DNA of 48,016 nt, taken from positions 1 to 48,016 of the IMG/VR virus record IMGVR_UViG_3300033416_000010. One strand, 5' to 3'. Source of the stretch: a virus (lineage: Duplodnaviria > Caudoviricetes). Position numbers and translations under genes: made by a program. This document shows positions 17,206 to 26,445 of the stretch, piece after piece. A model generated the notes under the pieces. That model was not told the DNA's origin. It was given only the letters and a program-made list of their open reading frames with translations, and searched no databases. Within the stretch, counting starts at the first letter, position 1. Each line of letters begins with the position of its first letter.

Positions 17206-19728
17206 TCAGTAGACCGCCCCCGGCAGCGGAACCTGACCCGGGACAGGACCCAAGGTTGGGGGAGGAACTCCCATGGGAAGCTGGGAAGGCTGCGGATTCA
17301 CAGGTGGAGGCGGCGCGAACATCGGCGGTTGTGGAATTCCTGCTGCTGGACCAGGCGGGGGGCTTCCGGCGCCGGCAATCTGGACTAGCCTGCCTACCAC
17401 TTCCTCCAGTTTTACTTCCTTGTCCATGATAGGCACCAGGGCCTTCTTCATTTCTCCCTCGATGGTCTGCTTCAACTGCTCCAGCAACGGCATGATCTGC
17501 TGCTGCATTTCCGCCTGCTCCTGCTCCGGTGGCTTCTGGGGCATCATGTTCTTGATCTGTAGTTCCTTGGGGAACCCGGCCATGCGTGTGATCTCGTTGA
17601 TGATGGTGGCGGTTTGATCTGGTCCGATCACCTGGCCGGCGGGCGTGGTGAGCAACCGCACAAAGAAATCGGCAATCGCGCGCGCGGCCTCCACATCGTT
17701 CCGACGGTCTCCCCAATCCTTCGAGGTGGAGAATTCCTCGACCATGATGGCTTCCTTGTTCGCCTTGATGCGGATGCTTCTCTGACCCTTTACGAGCGGA
17801 TCTTTTTCATGGTCCCAGGTGAACCCCAGTTTTTGCAACGACTCCGGGGTGACGGTAGGATCCACGGGAAGTTTGGCGTAGAATTCATCACTGCCATAAG
17901 CCATCAGTGCGTCGTAGAGCTGCTTCTTCATGGCCTCCCGCAGCATGTCGATGGGAATCCCTGTGAAATTCAGCCGGTTCGCCGTGTGAGTGGCGATGAT
18001 GGTGGATTCGCGAGCGCTCTGCTCGTGCGTGGCCGCGGATCCCAGCTCCTGTGCGCTCATCTGGAGGACACGTTCCAGGATGTCCAGGACCATCTTCATC
18101 GCCTGGACGATGCTCTGTGTATCGAGCTGTGGGAAAGAAGCGGAGAAGAAAGGCCCGGGTTGCTGGGACGGACCTACCTGCATGGCGCGCGCCTTCTTGC
18201 CGGAGAACGGGAAGAAATTCCGACCGCGGAAAAGCCGCTCGCCGTACCCCCTCAAGGTATCCACAAATCCTTTGTCCTTGCCCTCGAACATGTCCGTGTC
18301 CACCAGCGTCACGTTGGCCAGGTTCTGACGCACGGCGTAAAGGTACTGAGTAAGCAGGTTGGAGAATTGATCTTCAAATGGGCAGATTTCCAGAGAAAGA
18401 CTGGCGTTGAGCGATTTTCCTGGATCCTCATTATAGCCCGCGTAGAGCAGGGGGTTGTAGGCCAGCGGCGCCGCGTAGAGAATCGTATCGTCGGAGGCCA
18501 CTACAAACCGGGACCAGACTGGATAATCGTAGTCGCCCAATCCCCACTTGGAGGGAATCAGCAGCTCGAAATACTCCGTGGTCGTCACGGCCTTGTCCCG
18601 CATGTCGGTCGTGTAGATCTGGTTGACCAGTTTGCTTTCCCGGTCGTTCGGATCGCTGTAAGAAACCGTGGGAAATTGGATCTGGCAGGGATAGACTGTC
18701 TGGAAGTAGATGTTGGACACGTCCGGCCAGGCATAGCTGCTGATGCCCACCTTGTCCGTGTTGTACCAGCCCTCATTGTCCATCAGCTCTCCATACCGCA
18801 TGACCTTCCAGTAGCCGGCGTATTGAACGCCACAACCATTGTTCATGCTGTAGGCCGGATAAGCCTCGTCGAGGAATACTCGCGTGGGATGGGGAATGTG
18901 ATACCTCAATCCCTCCTTCACGATCCGGGTCTTCCGCTTCTTTTCGTCTGTCTGCGCCTTTCCGGAATCATCCTTGGAAGCCTGGGAATCGTCAGTCGTC
19001 TCCTGCTCCTCGGTGAACCATTCCTCCACCGGAAACAGCAGGACCTTTCCATAGTGCAGGTAGTGCAGCACCGCCCAGTCGATCACGCTGAAATAATTGA
19101 ACTGCCGGTTCATCATCTCCACGCGGTCTGTGATGACTTCGCAGCGCAGCTTGGTCAGATGGTCTTCCACTGTCGGATCGTACTGGAGAAACGGAACCAC
19201 GCGCCGATCGTTCATGATCTTGGCGCGTCGAACCGATGTGTAGGCTCGGGCGATTGGGACCAGGATCTGGGTGAAAGCCGGGACGCTGACATGCTTCACG
19301 CTCTTTCCTGTCTTGGGATCCTGAACATCCAGCAGGACTTCATCCAGATTGAATCCGAAAGCCGACAGACCCTTCTTCATCGCGTCCTCGTTGTCCCACT
19401 TCTTGTCGGCCAGCCAGTGAAGCAGCGTGGGACTGACCTGCCGGAACGGATTGTTCCAGAGTAAATCGAGAGCGAAATAATGTTTCCAATTAGCCCAAGT
19501 GCTGTCTCTTCCTCCGCTGATCCGGGTGCGGATCCGATTGCGCAATTCAACAACAGGATTCTCGGTCTTGTCGGATTTCGAGGACGACTTGGCGGCCTTC
19601 GGATCGGGTTTCTTTGCTGTGCCTAGTGGAGAGGCGGCAAGCGGATTGGTGTTCTTGTCGTCGGTGAAGATCTTCTTCCATGCCTCCGCGGAAACACCGC
19701 GCTCGGCAAGCAGGTCCAGGTCAATCAT
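17206..19728 (-). CDS. Probable portal protein
   Basis: 840 aa. HYLHYGKVLLF, PHPTRVFLD, TTTEYFE, ELGSAATHEQSARESTII and a Gln/Pro/Met-rich C-tail, as in P22-like portals; adjacent to terminase. Confidence 0.75.
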   Translation of the reverse strand: MIDLDLLAERGVSAEAWKKIFTDDKNTNPLAASPLGTAKKPDPKAAKSSSKSDKTENPVVELRNRIRTRISGGRDSTWANWKHYFALDLLWNNPFRQVSPTLLHWLADKKWDNEDAMKKGLSAFGFNLDEVLLDVQDPKTGKSVKHVSVPAFTQILVPIARAYTSVRRAKIMNDRRVVPFLQYDPTVEDHLTKLRCEVITDRVEMMNRQFNYFSVIDWAVLHYLHYGKVLLFPVEEWFTEEQETTDDSQASKDDSGKAQTDEKKRKTRIVKEGLRYHIPHPTRVFLDEAYPAYSMNNGCGVQYAGYWKVMRYGELMDNEGWYNTDKVGISSYAWPDVSNIYFQTVYPCQIQFPTVSYSDPNDRESKLVNQIYTTDMRDKAVTTTEYFELLIPSKWGLGDYDYPVWSRFVVASDDTILYAAPLAYNPLLYAGYNEDPGKSLNASLSLEICPFEDQFSNLLTQYLYAVRQNLANVTLVDTDMFEGKDKGFVDTLRGYGERLFRGRNFFPFSGKKARAMQVGPSQQPGPFFSASFPQLDTQSIVQAMKMVLDILERVLQMSAQELGSAATHEQSARESTIIATHTANRLNFTGIPIDMLREAMKKQLYDALMAYGSDEFYAKLPVDPTVTPESLQKLGFTWDHEKDPLVKGQRSIRIKANKEAIMVEEFSTSKDWGDRRNDVEAARAIADFFVRLLTTPAGQVIGPDQTATIINEITRMAGFPKELQIKNMMPQKPPEQEQAEMQQQIMPLLEQLKQTIEGEMKKALVPIMDKEVKLEEVVGRLVQIAGAGSPPPGPAAGIPQPPMFAPPPPVNPQPSQLPMGVPPPTLGPVPGQVPLPGAVY

Positions 19729-19734
19729 GGGAAG

Positions 19735-20022
19735 TTATTCCTCCTCCTCTTCTTCTTCTTCTTCGATGGGCTCGGCCTTGGCAGCCTTTTTCTTCTTACC
19801 CAGGACGGCGGCCAGCGCGGCAGGGCGTTTGGACGCTTCCTCGGGTTCGAGTTCTGACTCTTCGGGTTCTTCCATCTCCATGGGCTCCGCTTCATCCACT
19901 GTACAGACAAGGCCATTCTCGTCACTGGAATCAACGGTGCATCTCACTTGTATGGAGTCGCCCGGTTTGGCGTTGGGCAACATCTCTTCGGCCACGTCCA
20001 TCGGGATCGTTATCGTGCTCAC
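19735..20022 (-). CDS. Small acidic hypothetical protein (GTG 20022; alternative ATG 20001)
   Basis: KPGDSIQVRCTV plus a Glu-rich tail. The longer ORF-track start at 20148 overlaps the terminase; GTG 20022 lies 7 nt from a -10-like hexamer. Confidence 0.7.
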   Translation of the reverse strand: MSTITIPMDVAEEMLPNAKPGDSIQVRCTVDSSDENGLVCTVDEAEPMEMEEPEESELEPEEASKRPAALAAVLGKKKKAAKAEPIEEEEEEEEE

Positions 20023-20067
20023 AGGATAGACATTCGGCCAGAAACCTGCCAATGTAAAGCCTGTGAG
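20018..20067. promoter_or_regulatory. Symmetric overlapping divergent promoters (imperfect inverted repeat)
   Basis: Plus strand TAGACA(20027)-N17-CAATGT-N7-GTG(20063). Minus strand TTTACA(20058)-N17-GAATGT-N7-GTG(20022). Both strands read AATGTnnAnCCTGTGAG. Confidence 0.6.
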
Positions 20068-21595
20068 TGACTGCTGGGCGCCATCCTTGTTCGGAAAACA
20101 GATTGAGATCTTCAACTGCCGGAAGCGCATCCTGCTGGTCAGCGGCACCCGCTACGCGGGAAAATCTATCGCCGTGGTCCACCGGATCTGCCGCCATCTT
20201 TGGGAAACTCCAGGAGCCCAGGTGGCCATTTTTGCCAAATCCAGACAGCTCGCCAAGGAAATGGGCATCTGGACTGACTTGCTCACCTATGCCATTCCTG
20301 AATGGTGCGAGTCGGGCATAGGATTCGCCTATACCACATTCGATTCCAACAACCAGCCGGGACCCAAGACTGATGGCGTGACCCGGACGCCATACTTCTC
20401 TATCCGAAACTATTATGGCGGGGAGAGCCAGTGCCGGCTGTTTTCCATCGAGCATGACCACGAGGTCTCCAGCAAGGTCAAGGGCAAGCGGTTCTCCATG
20501 ATCTACTTCTCGGAGCTGTCCATGTTCAAGGATCGCCGCATCCTGACCATCACTCTTCCCCAACTCCGCATGCCGCATCTCACGCCGCAGCGAAAGGGAG
20601 ATGAGGATCTGTACCATCAGTGGATAGCGGACACGAATCCGGATGAGGACCTGGGCAGCAAGAGCTGGATCTACGATGTCTGGTACAGAGAGCGGTCCCA
20701 GCCGGCCCGGGACAAGGATGAGCAGGTGCTCCGGGATTCCATGGGGCTGATCGAAATGCACTGGAAGGACAATCCCTACCTGACCGAGTATGAAATCAGT
20801 CTTCTGAATTCGACCACCCGGAGCGATGCGGCCCTCCATGAAGCCTACTATGATGGCGTCTGGGGTTTGGGAAATTCCAGCCGGACCTTCCTGTTCGCCC
20901 CGTACTACAAGGAGAGCATTCATTTGATCGGAGGTGGTCCGGAGGAAGGAGATCAGATTGATGTGCGCTCGGACAGCACCATTCTCTACACCGGCTGGGA
21001 CCTTGGATCGGTGAACCACGCCGCGGTCATTCTGGACCGATGGGTCCGCCGCATGCAGGACGGGCAGGAACAATACTGCTGGAGCGTCCTGGATGAGCAC
21101 ATCGTCTTTGGTGAACGCGAGGAGGGCACCAAGGGATTCGCCCTGGTGATGCTGTCCAAGATTGTGGAATTGCAGAAGCGATGGAAGAAGGATTGGGAAT
21201 GGATTCACTGGTCGGACAGCTCGGCCCTGGATGTCTGGAGACCCACCTCGGAGAGCTATGACTACCAGGAGATCCTGGCCGCCACGCGCGGAAAGATCAT
21301 GCTGACCGGGGTGATAAAACCCTGGAATTCGGTCAAGAGCCGTGTCCGACTGCTTCAACGGTTGCTTAAAGAGAACAGGATTTACTTCTCATTCAGATGC
21401 AAGGAAGTCATAGATATGATCCGAAATGGATTGAACGATGAGAAGCACCAGGTGGATCCGCAGCACAAGCACGCCTTTGATGCGCTCACTTACCCGATTT
21501 TCATGGCTTCCCGGGAGGAATTGATGGAGGCAACCTGGGATTCCCCAGAGGCATCCAAGCCTGATGAGCGTCCAGGCACGCTGATCACGGTATGA
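20063..21595 (+). CDS. terL: Terminase large subunit
   Basis: Q motif GKQIEIF, Walker A VSGTRYAGKS, Walker B-like MIYFSE, coupling motif ADTNP, KDNPYL, nuclease motifs YTGWDLG, WSDSS and HKHAFDALTY. Confidence 0.9.
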   Translation: MSDCWAPSLFGKQIEIFNCRKRILLVSGTRYAGKSIAVVHRICRHLWETPGAQVAIFAKSRQLAKEMGIWTDLLTYAIPEWCESGIGFAYTTFDSNNQPGPKTDGVTRTPYFSIRNYYGGESQCRLFSIEHDHEVSSKVKGKRFSMIYFSELSMFKDRRILTITLPQLRMPHLTPQRKGDEDLYHQWIADTNPDEDLGSKSWIYDVWYRERSQPARDKDEQVLRDSMGLIEMHWKDNPYLTEYEISLLNSTTRSDAALHEAYYDGVWGLGNSSRTFLFAPYYKESIHLIGGGPEEGDQIDVRSDSTILYTGWDLGSVNHAAVILDRWVRRMQDGQEQYCWSVLDEHIVFGEREEGTKGFALVMLSKIVELQKRWKKDWEWIHWSDSSALDVWRPTSESYDYQEILAATRGKIMLTGVIKPWNSVKSRVRLLQRLLKENRIYFSFRCKEVIDMIRNGLNDEKHQVDPQHKHAFDALTYPIFMASREELMEATWDSPEASKPDERPGTLITV

Positions 21596-21963
21596 GCCAG
21601 GGCCAGCACCCGGCTGAGGAATCTTCGCTGCTCCCGATTGGCGTGATGGAAGAAGACCATCTTTCTAGTGCGCAGAATCTCCATGCCCTTTCCCGTCTGA
21701 AGCAGATTCACCCCGCAGGCTGAAGAGAATCGTTCCATCGTGTCCACTGTGACTCCACGCCAGCTTGTCAGTAGGGAGAGCCGCTGGATGGTGGCCTTGT
21801 GCAGCCCGGAGATTTCTGCCAGGTCATCGTGCGACAGCATCCTGCGCCCCCGCCGCGAGGTAGCCATCAGCCGGCAGAGAAAAGGCGGTATCCGGTCCAG
21901 TTTCTCAATGAGGGAACGTGTTCCGTTCCTTCGGGCAATGGGGACATGAGGTTGGTCGTTCAT
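21490..21963 (-). CDS. XRE-like HTH DNA-binding protein
   Basis: LSHDDLAEISGLHKATIQRL...TVDTMERFSSACGVN. Its 3' end overlaps terL convergently. Confidence 0.65.
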   Translation of the reverse strand: MNDQPHVPIARRNGTRSLIEKLDRIPPFLCRLMATSRRGRRMLSHDDLAEISGLHKATIQRLSLLTSWRGVTVDTMERFSSACGVNLLQTGKGMEILRTRKMVFFHHANREQRRFLSRVLALAHTVISVPGRSSGLDASGESQVASINSSREAMKIG

Positions 21964-22234
21964 TGGGCTTGAATGGGCAGATGGCAGGTATGGAAAGCGG
22001 GTTTACTTCGTGACATTGCTTGCAGAGTGAAAGCATCCGCTCGGCCAGCTCGATGCGGTCCCTTTTTATCGACCACCTTCGATCGACCAGAGCCAGAAGC
22101 AGCGTGATCAGGGTCGTTATTCCACAAAGAAAGGCCAGCATCTTGTCGATGCTCATCAAGCCAATGGTTCCGCTGGTCCCGGCTACGCCGAACGCCGCAT
22201 TCAGGTATGGCTTTATGATTTTTCCAATGTCCAT
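21905..22234 (-). CDS. Small membrane protein (holin-like) with Cys-rich C-terminus
   Basis: From MDIGKII: hydrophobic segments AAFGVAGTSGTIGLM and MLAFLCGITTLITLLLALV, then a basic patch and CxxC...C...CxxC. Confidence 0.55.
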   Translation of the reverse strand: MDIGKIIKPYLNAAFGVAGTSGTIGLMSIDKMLAFLCGITTLITLLLALVDRRWSIKRDRIELAERMLSLCKQCHEVNPLSIPAICPFKPNERPTSCPHCPKERNTFPH

Positions 22235-22238
22235 TGTG

Positions 22239-22760
22239 TTACCCTGCTTCTTTCTTGGGTTCCCCGGTGTTGAAATTCTGCTGCACGTTCTGCGCGAACA
22301 CGGCATGAGGAACATTGGATCCCGGAAGAAATGAGGCGCGCGGAATGGCAGGTTGCAGATCCTGTCTTGCAGCCGGAGAAGCCTCGATCAGATTCTTGTT
22401 CTGCATGGCCATCTTTCCGGAGACGTATCCCATCTCGTGGGCGATGGATTTGCGCAGCTCCACCTCCTTAGCCTCGGCCATGTCATTGGCCAATCCAGCC
22501 AGGGCGTTGAGCAGGAACTGCTGCCCCATGAAAGAACCCGACTGGGAAAGTTTGATGGCTCCCATCTTCTCAATCTGCTCGCCCAGCAGGATGTGTGCGT
22601 GGAGAATGCTCGGCGTTATGTGGACAAGTCCCAATTCCCGGCAGGCGGAGGCCATGCGATCTGGGTCCATGCTTTTTTCCGATTCCGGCGTAATCAGGAC
22701 TGGAAGCGGGGTGGTTGTTTTTGCCGGCAGCAGGTCGATTGGAACTTCGTTACCGTTCAT
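22239..22760 (-). CDS. Hypothetical protein (weak terminase small subunit candidate)
   Basis: 173 aa, helical, near terL. Function not supported by motifs. Confidence 0.6.
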   Translation of the reverse strand: MNGNEVPIDLLPAKTTTPLPVLITPESEKSMDPDRMASACRELGLVHITPSILHAHILLGEQIEKMGAIKLSQSGSFMGQQFLLNALAGLANDMAEAKEVELRKSIAHEMGYVSGKMAMQNKNLIEASPAARQDLQPAIPRASFLPGSNVPHAVFAQNVQQNFNTGEPKKEAG

Positions 22761-23259
22761 GCTTCAACAGGTTATCACCGTTCAATTGATCCGGCCAGCC
22801 AAACGCGGCGCCTCGCTCCCAGGCGTAGCAATTCTTGTTCAGGAAGCAGGAGGCGAATCGCATGGGGCACCAGCATCCCATTGGCTCACGTTCCCCGGAG
22901 GCCGTATTCGTAAACCAGTCTCCCCTGCTCCCACATGTACCGTCCCTCCGGTTGTACAAGGGGCACCTGCGGCAGGCCGCCATCCTTTGGAGCCACAGCC
23001 TCCTCGATGCCGGTTTCCGACCAGCGACAGCGCGCCACAGTGCCGTCGCTCCTTCGATGAATGACCAGAACCCCACGATTTTCGCCCGGTAGATGGCCGT
23101 CTTGAGCAATCCGGCGACCACCCATGAAAGCCACCTGCCTCTTCTCCGCGCAGTAAGCTCGGTAAAGATCGACCGTGTCGGGAAGGCTTCTTCGGACAGC
23201 TTCGTCAATGGACTCAAGATACCTCTGACCTCGGAGTTTTCTTCGGCGGATCCGCTCAA
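22750..23259 (-). CDS. Cys-rich putative metal-binding protein (start uncertain, probably shorter)
   Basis: RMAACRRCP...TCG...GCWCPM...C...NC pattern. 5' part overlaps 22886..23965. Confidence 0.55.
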   Translation of the reverse strand: MSGSAEENSEVRGILSPLTKLSEEAFPTRSIFTELTARRRGRWLSWVVAGLLKTAIYRAKIVGFWSFIEGATALWRAVAGRKPASRRLWLQRMAACRRCPLYNRRDGTCGSRGDWFTNTASGEREPMGCWCPMRFASCFLNKNCYAWERGAAFGWPDQLNGDNLLKHER

Positions 23260-23965
23260 CCATCAAGGCCGTTTTCCACCACTTCACTTCCGGCCTGACC
23301 TCTAACCGCCAGAGCGCCACCTTGTACTTTTCCGACCAGGTCCTGTGCTGCCCTGCAACTAAAGTCCTGAGCATACGGTGGTTCCAACTGTAGTGGTGCT
23401 TCTTTGAATGGAACCGTTCCTGCCATCCCGCGGTCCAGAGGATCGGAAAAACCTGACAGAACACAAGATCCAGGGGTTTTTGGCGATTGATCATCCAATC
23501 CATGGCATGAACCATGAGCATATGCCACAGAATCTCAATGGCTTCTGGAGATCTTAGGAATGGTATCTCGTGTTTTTTAATAAACGCTGAGAAGAACTCG
23601 CGCCTGGCATCCACTCGTTTGGTGCTGCGGTAGAGCCGGCAGGTGCCACCTGGGTCCGTAGGAGGAGCGACCACGGCGGCGTGGGCCGGAGTCCATTCGA
23701 CCAGCTTCTCAGGATCGGTCTCCGCGGTTCGGGCCGCCAGGTACTCCAGAATCTTCCCGTTGACGCTCCATAAGTTGTTCTTGACTTTGTTCAAGCTGTA
23801 GTTATCAAGGAGTTTGGAGGCCGCCTCGCGCCATATTTTCAAGATCGGCATCTTCCCGTTTCCGATGCGGACCAGCGCGGTGTCCTGGCTCCGGACCCAG
23901 AAGACCTCCACCGGCAGACGCCAGTGCGGCCCCTGGAGAATGCGCAGTTCCCGAATCGTTTTCAT
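22886..23965 (-). CDS. Hypothetical protein (basic, Trp-rich)
   Basis: 359 aa ORF preceded by TTGCGA-N16-TAAGCT-N6-ATG. Confidence 0.65.
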   Translation of the reverse strand: MKTIRELRILQGPHWRLPVEVFWVRSQDTALVRIGNGKMPILKIWREAASKLLDNYSLNKVKNNLWSVNGKILEYLAARTAETDPEKLVEWTPAHAAVVAPPTDPGGTCRLYRSTKRVDARREFFSAFIKKHEIPFLRSPEAIEILWHMLMVHAMDWMINRQKPLDLVFCQVFPILWTAGWQERFHSKKHHYSWNHRMLRTLVAGQHRTWSEKYKVALWRLEVRPEVKWWKTALMVERIRRRKLRGQRYLESIDEAVRRSLPDTVDLYRAYCAEKRQVAFMGGRRIAQDGHLPGENRGVLVIHRRSDGTVARCRWSETGIEEAVAPKDGGLPQVPLVQPEGRYMWEQGRLVYEYGLRGT

Positions 23966-23971
23966 GGCGTC

Positions 23972-24033
23972 AGCTTATACCTTCAGAAAAAACTCGCAAG
24001 GCTCTTGACAGAACTTACAACATCAAGGAGACT
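23972..24033. promoter_or_regulatory. Back-to-back divergent sigma70-like promoters
   Basis: Plus strand TTGACA(24005)-N17-GAGACT-N7-GTG(24041). Minus strand TTGCGA(23999)-N16-TAAGCT-N6-ATG(23965). Located at the strand switch. Confidence 0.6.
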
Positions 24034-24040
24034 GCCCTTC

Positions 24041-24331
24041 GTGCGAACCAATGGTATTGAATGGGACAAGCTCGACTGGAGAAAGTCGGATGTTTTGCTG
24101 GCGATCGAGCTAGGCCGGTCCAAACAACGAGTCCACCAAAAACGAAAAGCCCTGGGCAAGCCGGAGTCGATTCTCCACGGGTATCGACCCAAGATGCTCA
24201 GCCTTCTGCGGATGGCCCGCACACAAACCATCAACCAGGTCGTGGCTCCGGAGCCTCCCTACATGCGATACTACTACCGCCATCACCTGAAGCGCCTGAT
24301 CGCGAAAGGCGCGCTGGAGCTGATACCGTGA
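24041..24331 (+). CDS. Small HTH-like DNA-binding protein
   Basis: LDWRKSDVLLAIELGRSKQRVHQKRKALG. GTG start after the promoter and AAGGAG. Confidence 0.65.
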   Translation: MRTNGIEWDKLDWRKSDVLLAIELGRSKQRVHQKRKALGKPESILHGYRPKMLSLLRMARTQTINQVVAPEPPYMRYYYRHHLKRLIAKGALELIP

Positions 24332-24546
24332 GATCGATTTCGACAAAACGAGACATGGTGGCCGCAGGTCCATCTGGTGTTTTTCTTGGAGGACCAACAG
24401 GCCGGTATATGCCTGCCGCCAGGGTGAGGACACAACCTGCACCGATTCCCCACTGGTCGGGTTCCATAGGCCAGCTAATAAAACGTAATATGGAGCTTAT
24501 CCATGATGGACTAGAGCCATCACACTTGCTGGGTGGCGCGACATAA
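24328..24546 (+). CDS. Hypothetical protein
   Basis: GTGA coupling to the upstream stop; fills the gap. Confidence 0.35.
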   Translation: MRSISTKRDMVAAGPSGVFLGGPTGRYMPAARVRTQPAPIPHWSGSIGQLIKRNMELIHDGLEPSHLLGGAT

Positions 24547-24565
24547 CTCCCCACCCAGTTCTTTT

Positions 24566-24811
24566 ATGATAGCTGACATTGCCGCACCCAGGGCCGTTGA
24601 GATTGTGATCCGCGATGACAGAAAAGTTGTCTGGATCAATGACGAGGAAGGACGGTGCCTGGTTCGGATCTGCGACATCAGAAAGCTGGAAGTGCACGGC
24701 CCCGTGGTGGAACACCCCTCTCAATGGCAGGATTACTTCAACAGCCTCACTGATTCCGAGCGCACACAACTGGAGGCGATGAGCAAAGGCATGAAAGGAT
24801 ACGCAGATTGA
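24566..24811 (+). CDS. Hypothetical protein
   Basis: ATG 24566 (MIADIAAP); abuts the next gene. Confidence 0.65.
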   Translation: MIADIAAPRAVEIVIRDDRKVVWINDEEGRCLVRICDIRKLEVHGPVVEHPSQWQDYFNSLTDSERTQLEAMSKGMKGYAD

Positions 24812-24812
24812 T

Positions 24813-25301
24813 ATGAAACGCACGATCGACACGATACTGTGGCCGCTGGGTGGAATCATACTTGGGCTGGCATTGGGATGGATGATTCTTGGGTGCTCGG
24901 CGGATGCCGAAGAGCGATCATCCATAACGAATTACGGAATAACAGTCACAAATCCACATTTTAGAACACACAAATACACCTCTCCAGAAACGCTGTGCTA
25001 CCACGAATGGGTCAAAGGCCCGTTCTGGATAAAGGCTTCAATTACATGGGAGGAACCTGAGTACTATCCGCCGCAAGGACTCATCAATCTGGAGCATTGC
25101 GTTCAGTGTGGTCTTCTTCGCATTCCAAAGGATCTGAGAGCAAAGCGCGGCACTCATCTTCGAGATGGGCCAGCGGCATGGACGAGTTGGACAAATAGCA
25201 TCGACAGCAAGTCACTGACGAATCTGTTGAAAGCGGGCGATGGATTGATGATTACGAATACGGGATCGAATATCATCATCACAATCACGAACCGCCCATG
25301 A
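24813..25301 (+). CDS. Membrane-anchored/lipoprotein-like exported protein, TN-rich
   Basis: MKRT followed by hydrophobic ILWPLGGIILGLALGWMILG-C; six TN dipeptides; HCVQC. Confidence 0.65.
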   Translation: MKRTIDTILWPLGGIILGLALGWMILGCSADAEERSSITNYGITVTNPHFRTHKYTSPETLCYHEWVKGPFWIKASITWEEPEYYPPQGLINLEHCVQCGLLRIPKDLRAKRGTHLRDGPAAWTSWTNSIDSKSLTNLLKAGDGLMITNTGSNIIITITNRP

Positions 25302-26251
25302 AAGTATTCCTCTTCCTTTTATCTTGTCTCACGGCCATCGCCCAGCCCACGCATCGCGTCGAGCGCGGCTTGAACGTGGTCAAGACGTGGATGGACGGCG
25401 CGTTCACCAGCGAGTTCAGGCAGACGCTATCGGCGTGCACGAACCTGTCGCAGATCGAACGCTACTGCCAGCAGTCGGGCGACTGGACGCAGCGCATGGC
25501 GGTCGCGCGCTATCAGGGCGTCGGCCCGATGCCGCTGGTGGACGGCTACACGGTCGAATGGCGCGATGGGATGGCCTGCACGAACGCGATGGACCCGGAC
25601 AGCGGAGCCTGGAGCGTGTTCCAGTCCGGCGGCAATCAGGGCGCGATGTGCGTGCAGAACGGAACCGAGCGGACGCAGATCATCAACTGCGCCACGCTCC
25701 GCGCAGAATGGAAAACCAATTCCACTTTTCAACATGCCTGTCCGGCCCAGGATGACCAGACCACGATGATCTTCTGGTTTCGGACGAATGCTGCCAGCTC
25801 GGGCCTGCCCTGGTTCATCGGATCCTCCTGTTCTCTGATTCCCGGCCAGGTGAAATCGCTGCCGTTCAAAACTCCGATTGATTGCGTCTGGCATTTCATG
25901 GGGACAGATAAATGCTTTGGGTGCGGGGAGTCGTGCTGGCTGGCCGGATGGCCGTTGTCAGCCGCCTCAATCAAAACATCAACCATGACTGCGTCTTCGT
26001 ATGGGCGCTCCCTGCACCTAAATTTTCAAGGCGCCCCTGGCGTGACCTACGCGCTTCAGCGATCCACCAACCTGCGGGACTGGGTGACTCAATCCATCCA
26101 TGAACCTGACAATCAAGGAGTCCTTTCTGTTGCACTCCCCCATCCCGCAGGTCCCACTTGCTACCGTGTGGAAGCGGTGCGGACCTCCTCCATGACGGAA
26201 GAGGAGACCGCGGAGGTTGTGCGCGAAATTCGGAAGTTCAATAAGCCATGA
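25298..26251 (+). CDS. Secreted Cys/Trp-rich protein with STNL-x2-W C-terminal domain
   Basis: Signal peptide MKVFLFLLSCLTAIA; C-terminal LNFQGAPGVTYALQRSTNLRDW...TCYRV. Confidence 0.75.
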   Translation: MKVFLFLLSCLTAIAQPTHRVERGLNVVKTWMDGAFTSEFRQTLSACTNLSQIERYCQQSGDWTQRMAVARYQGVGPMPLVDGYTVEWRDGMACTNAMDPDSGAWSVFQSGGNQGAMCVQNGTERTQIINCATLRAEWKTNSTFQHACPAQDDQTTMIFWFRTNAASSGLPWFIGSSCSLIPGQVKSLPFKTPIDCVWHFMGTDKCFGCGESCWLAGWPLSAASIKTSTMTASSYGRSLHLNFQGAPGVTYALQRSTNLRDWVTQSIHEPDNQGVLSVALPHPAGPTCYRVEAVRTSSMTEEETAEVVREIRKFNKP

Positions 26252-26445
26252 ACCTGCATAATTGTCCATTCTGTGGAGGCAAGGCCGCTCTCCAATCAGA
26301 CATCTGGTATGGTGAGTGCAGGTATTATGTGATCTGCACAAAATGCGCCTCGCGGGTATCTGGGATTTCCTCCTGGAAAGACAAGGCCAATGCCGTCTAT
26401 CGGTGGAACAAAAGAATAAACCATGAACCTTCACCCCTGCCATAA
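26248..26445 (+). CDS. Lar-like restriction alleviation Zn-finger protein
   Basis: LHNCPFCGGKA...YYVICTKCAS...AVYRWNKR family pattern. Confidence 0.8.
   Translation: MNLHNCPFCGGKAALQSDIWYGECRYYVICTKCASRVSGISSWKDKANAVYRWNKRINHEPSPLP

Noticed and set aside
17614-19464. 616-aa plus-strand ORF
   Set aside because: Antisense shadow of the portal gene; no motifs, expected with GC-rich codon bias.
19931-21358. 475-aa minus-strand ORF that would keep the operon co-directional
   Set aside because: The opposite strand carries the terminase motifs; this frame has none.
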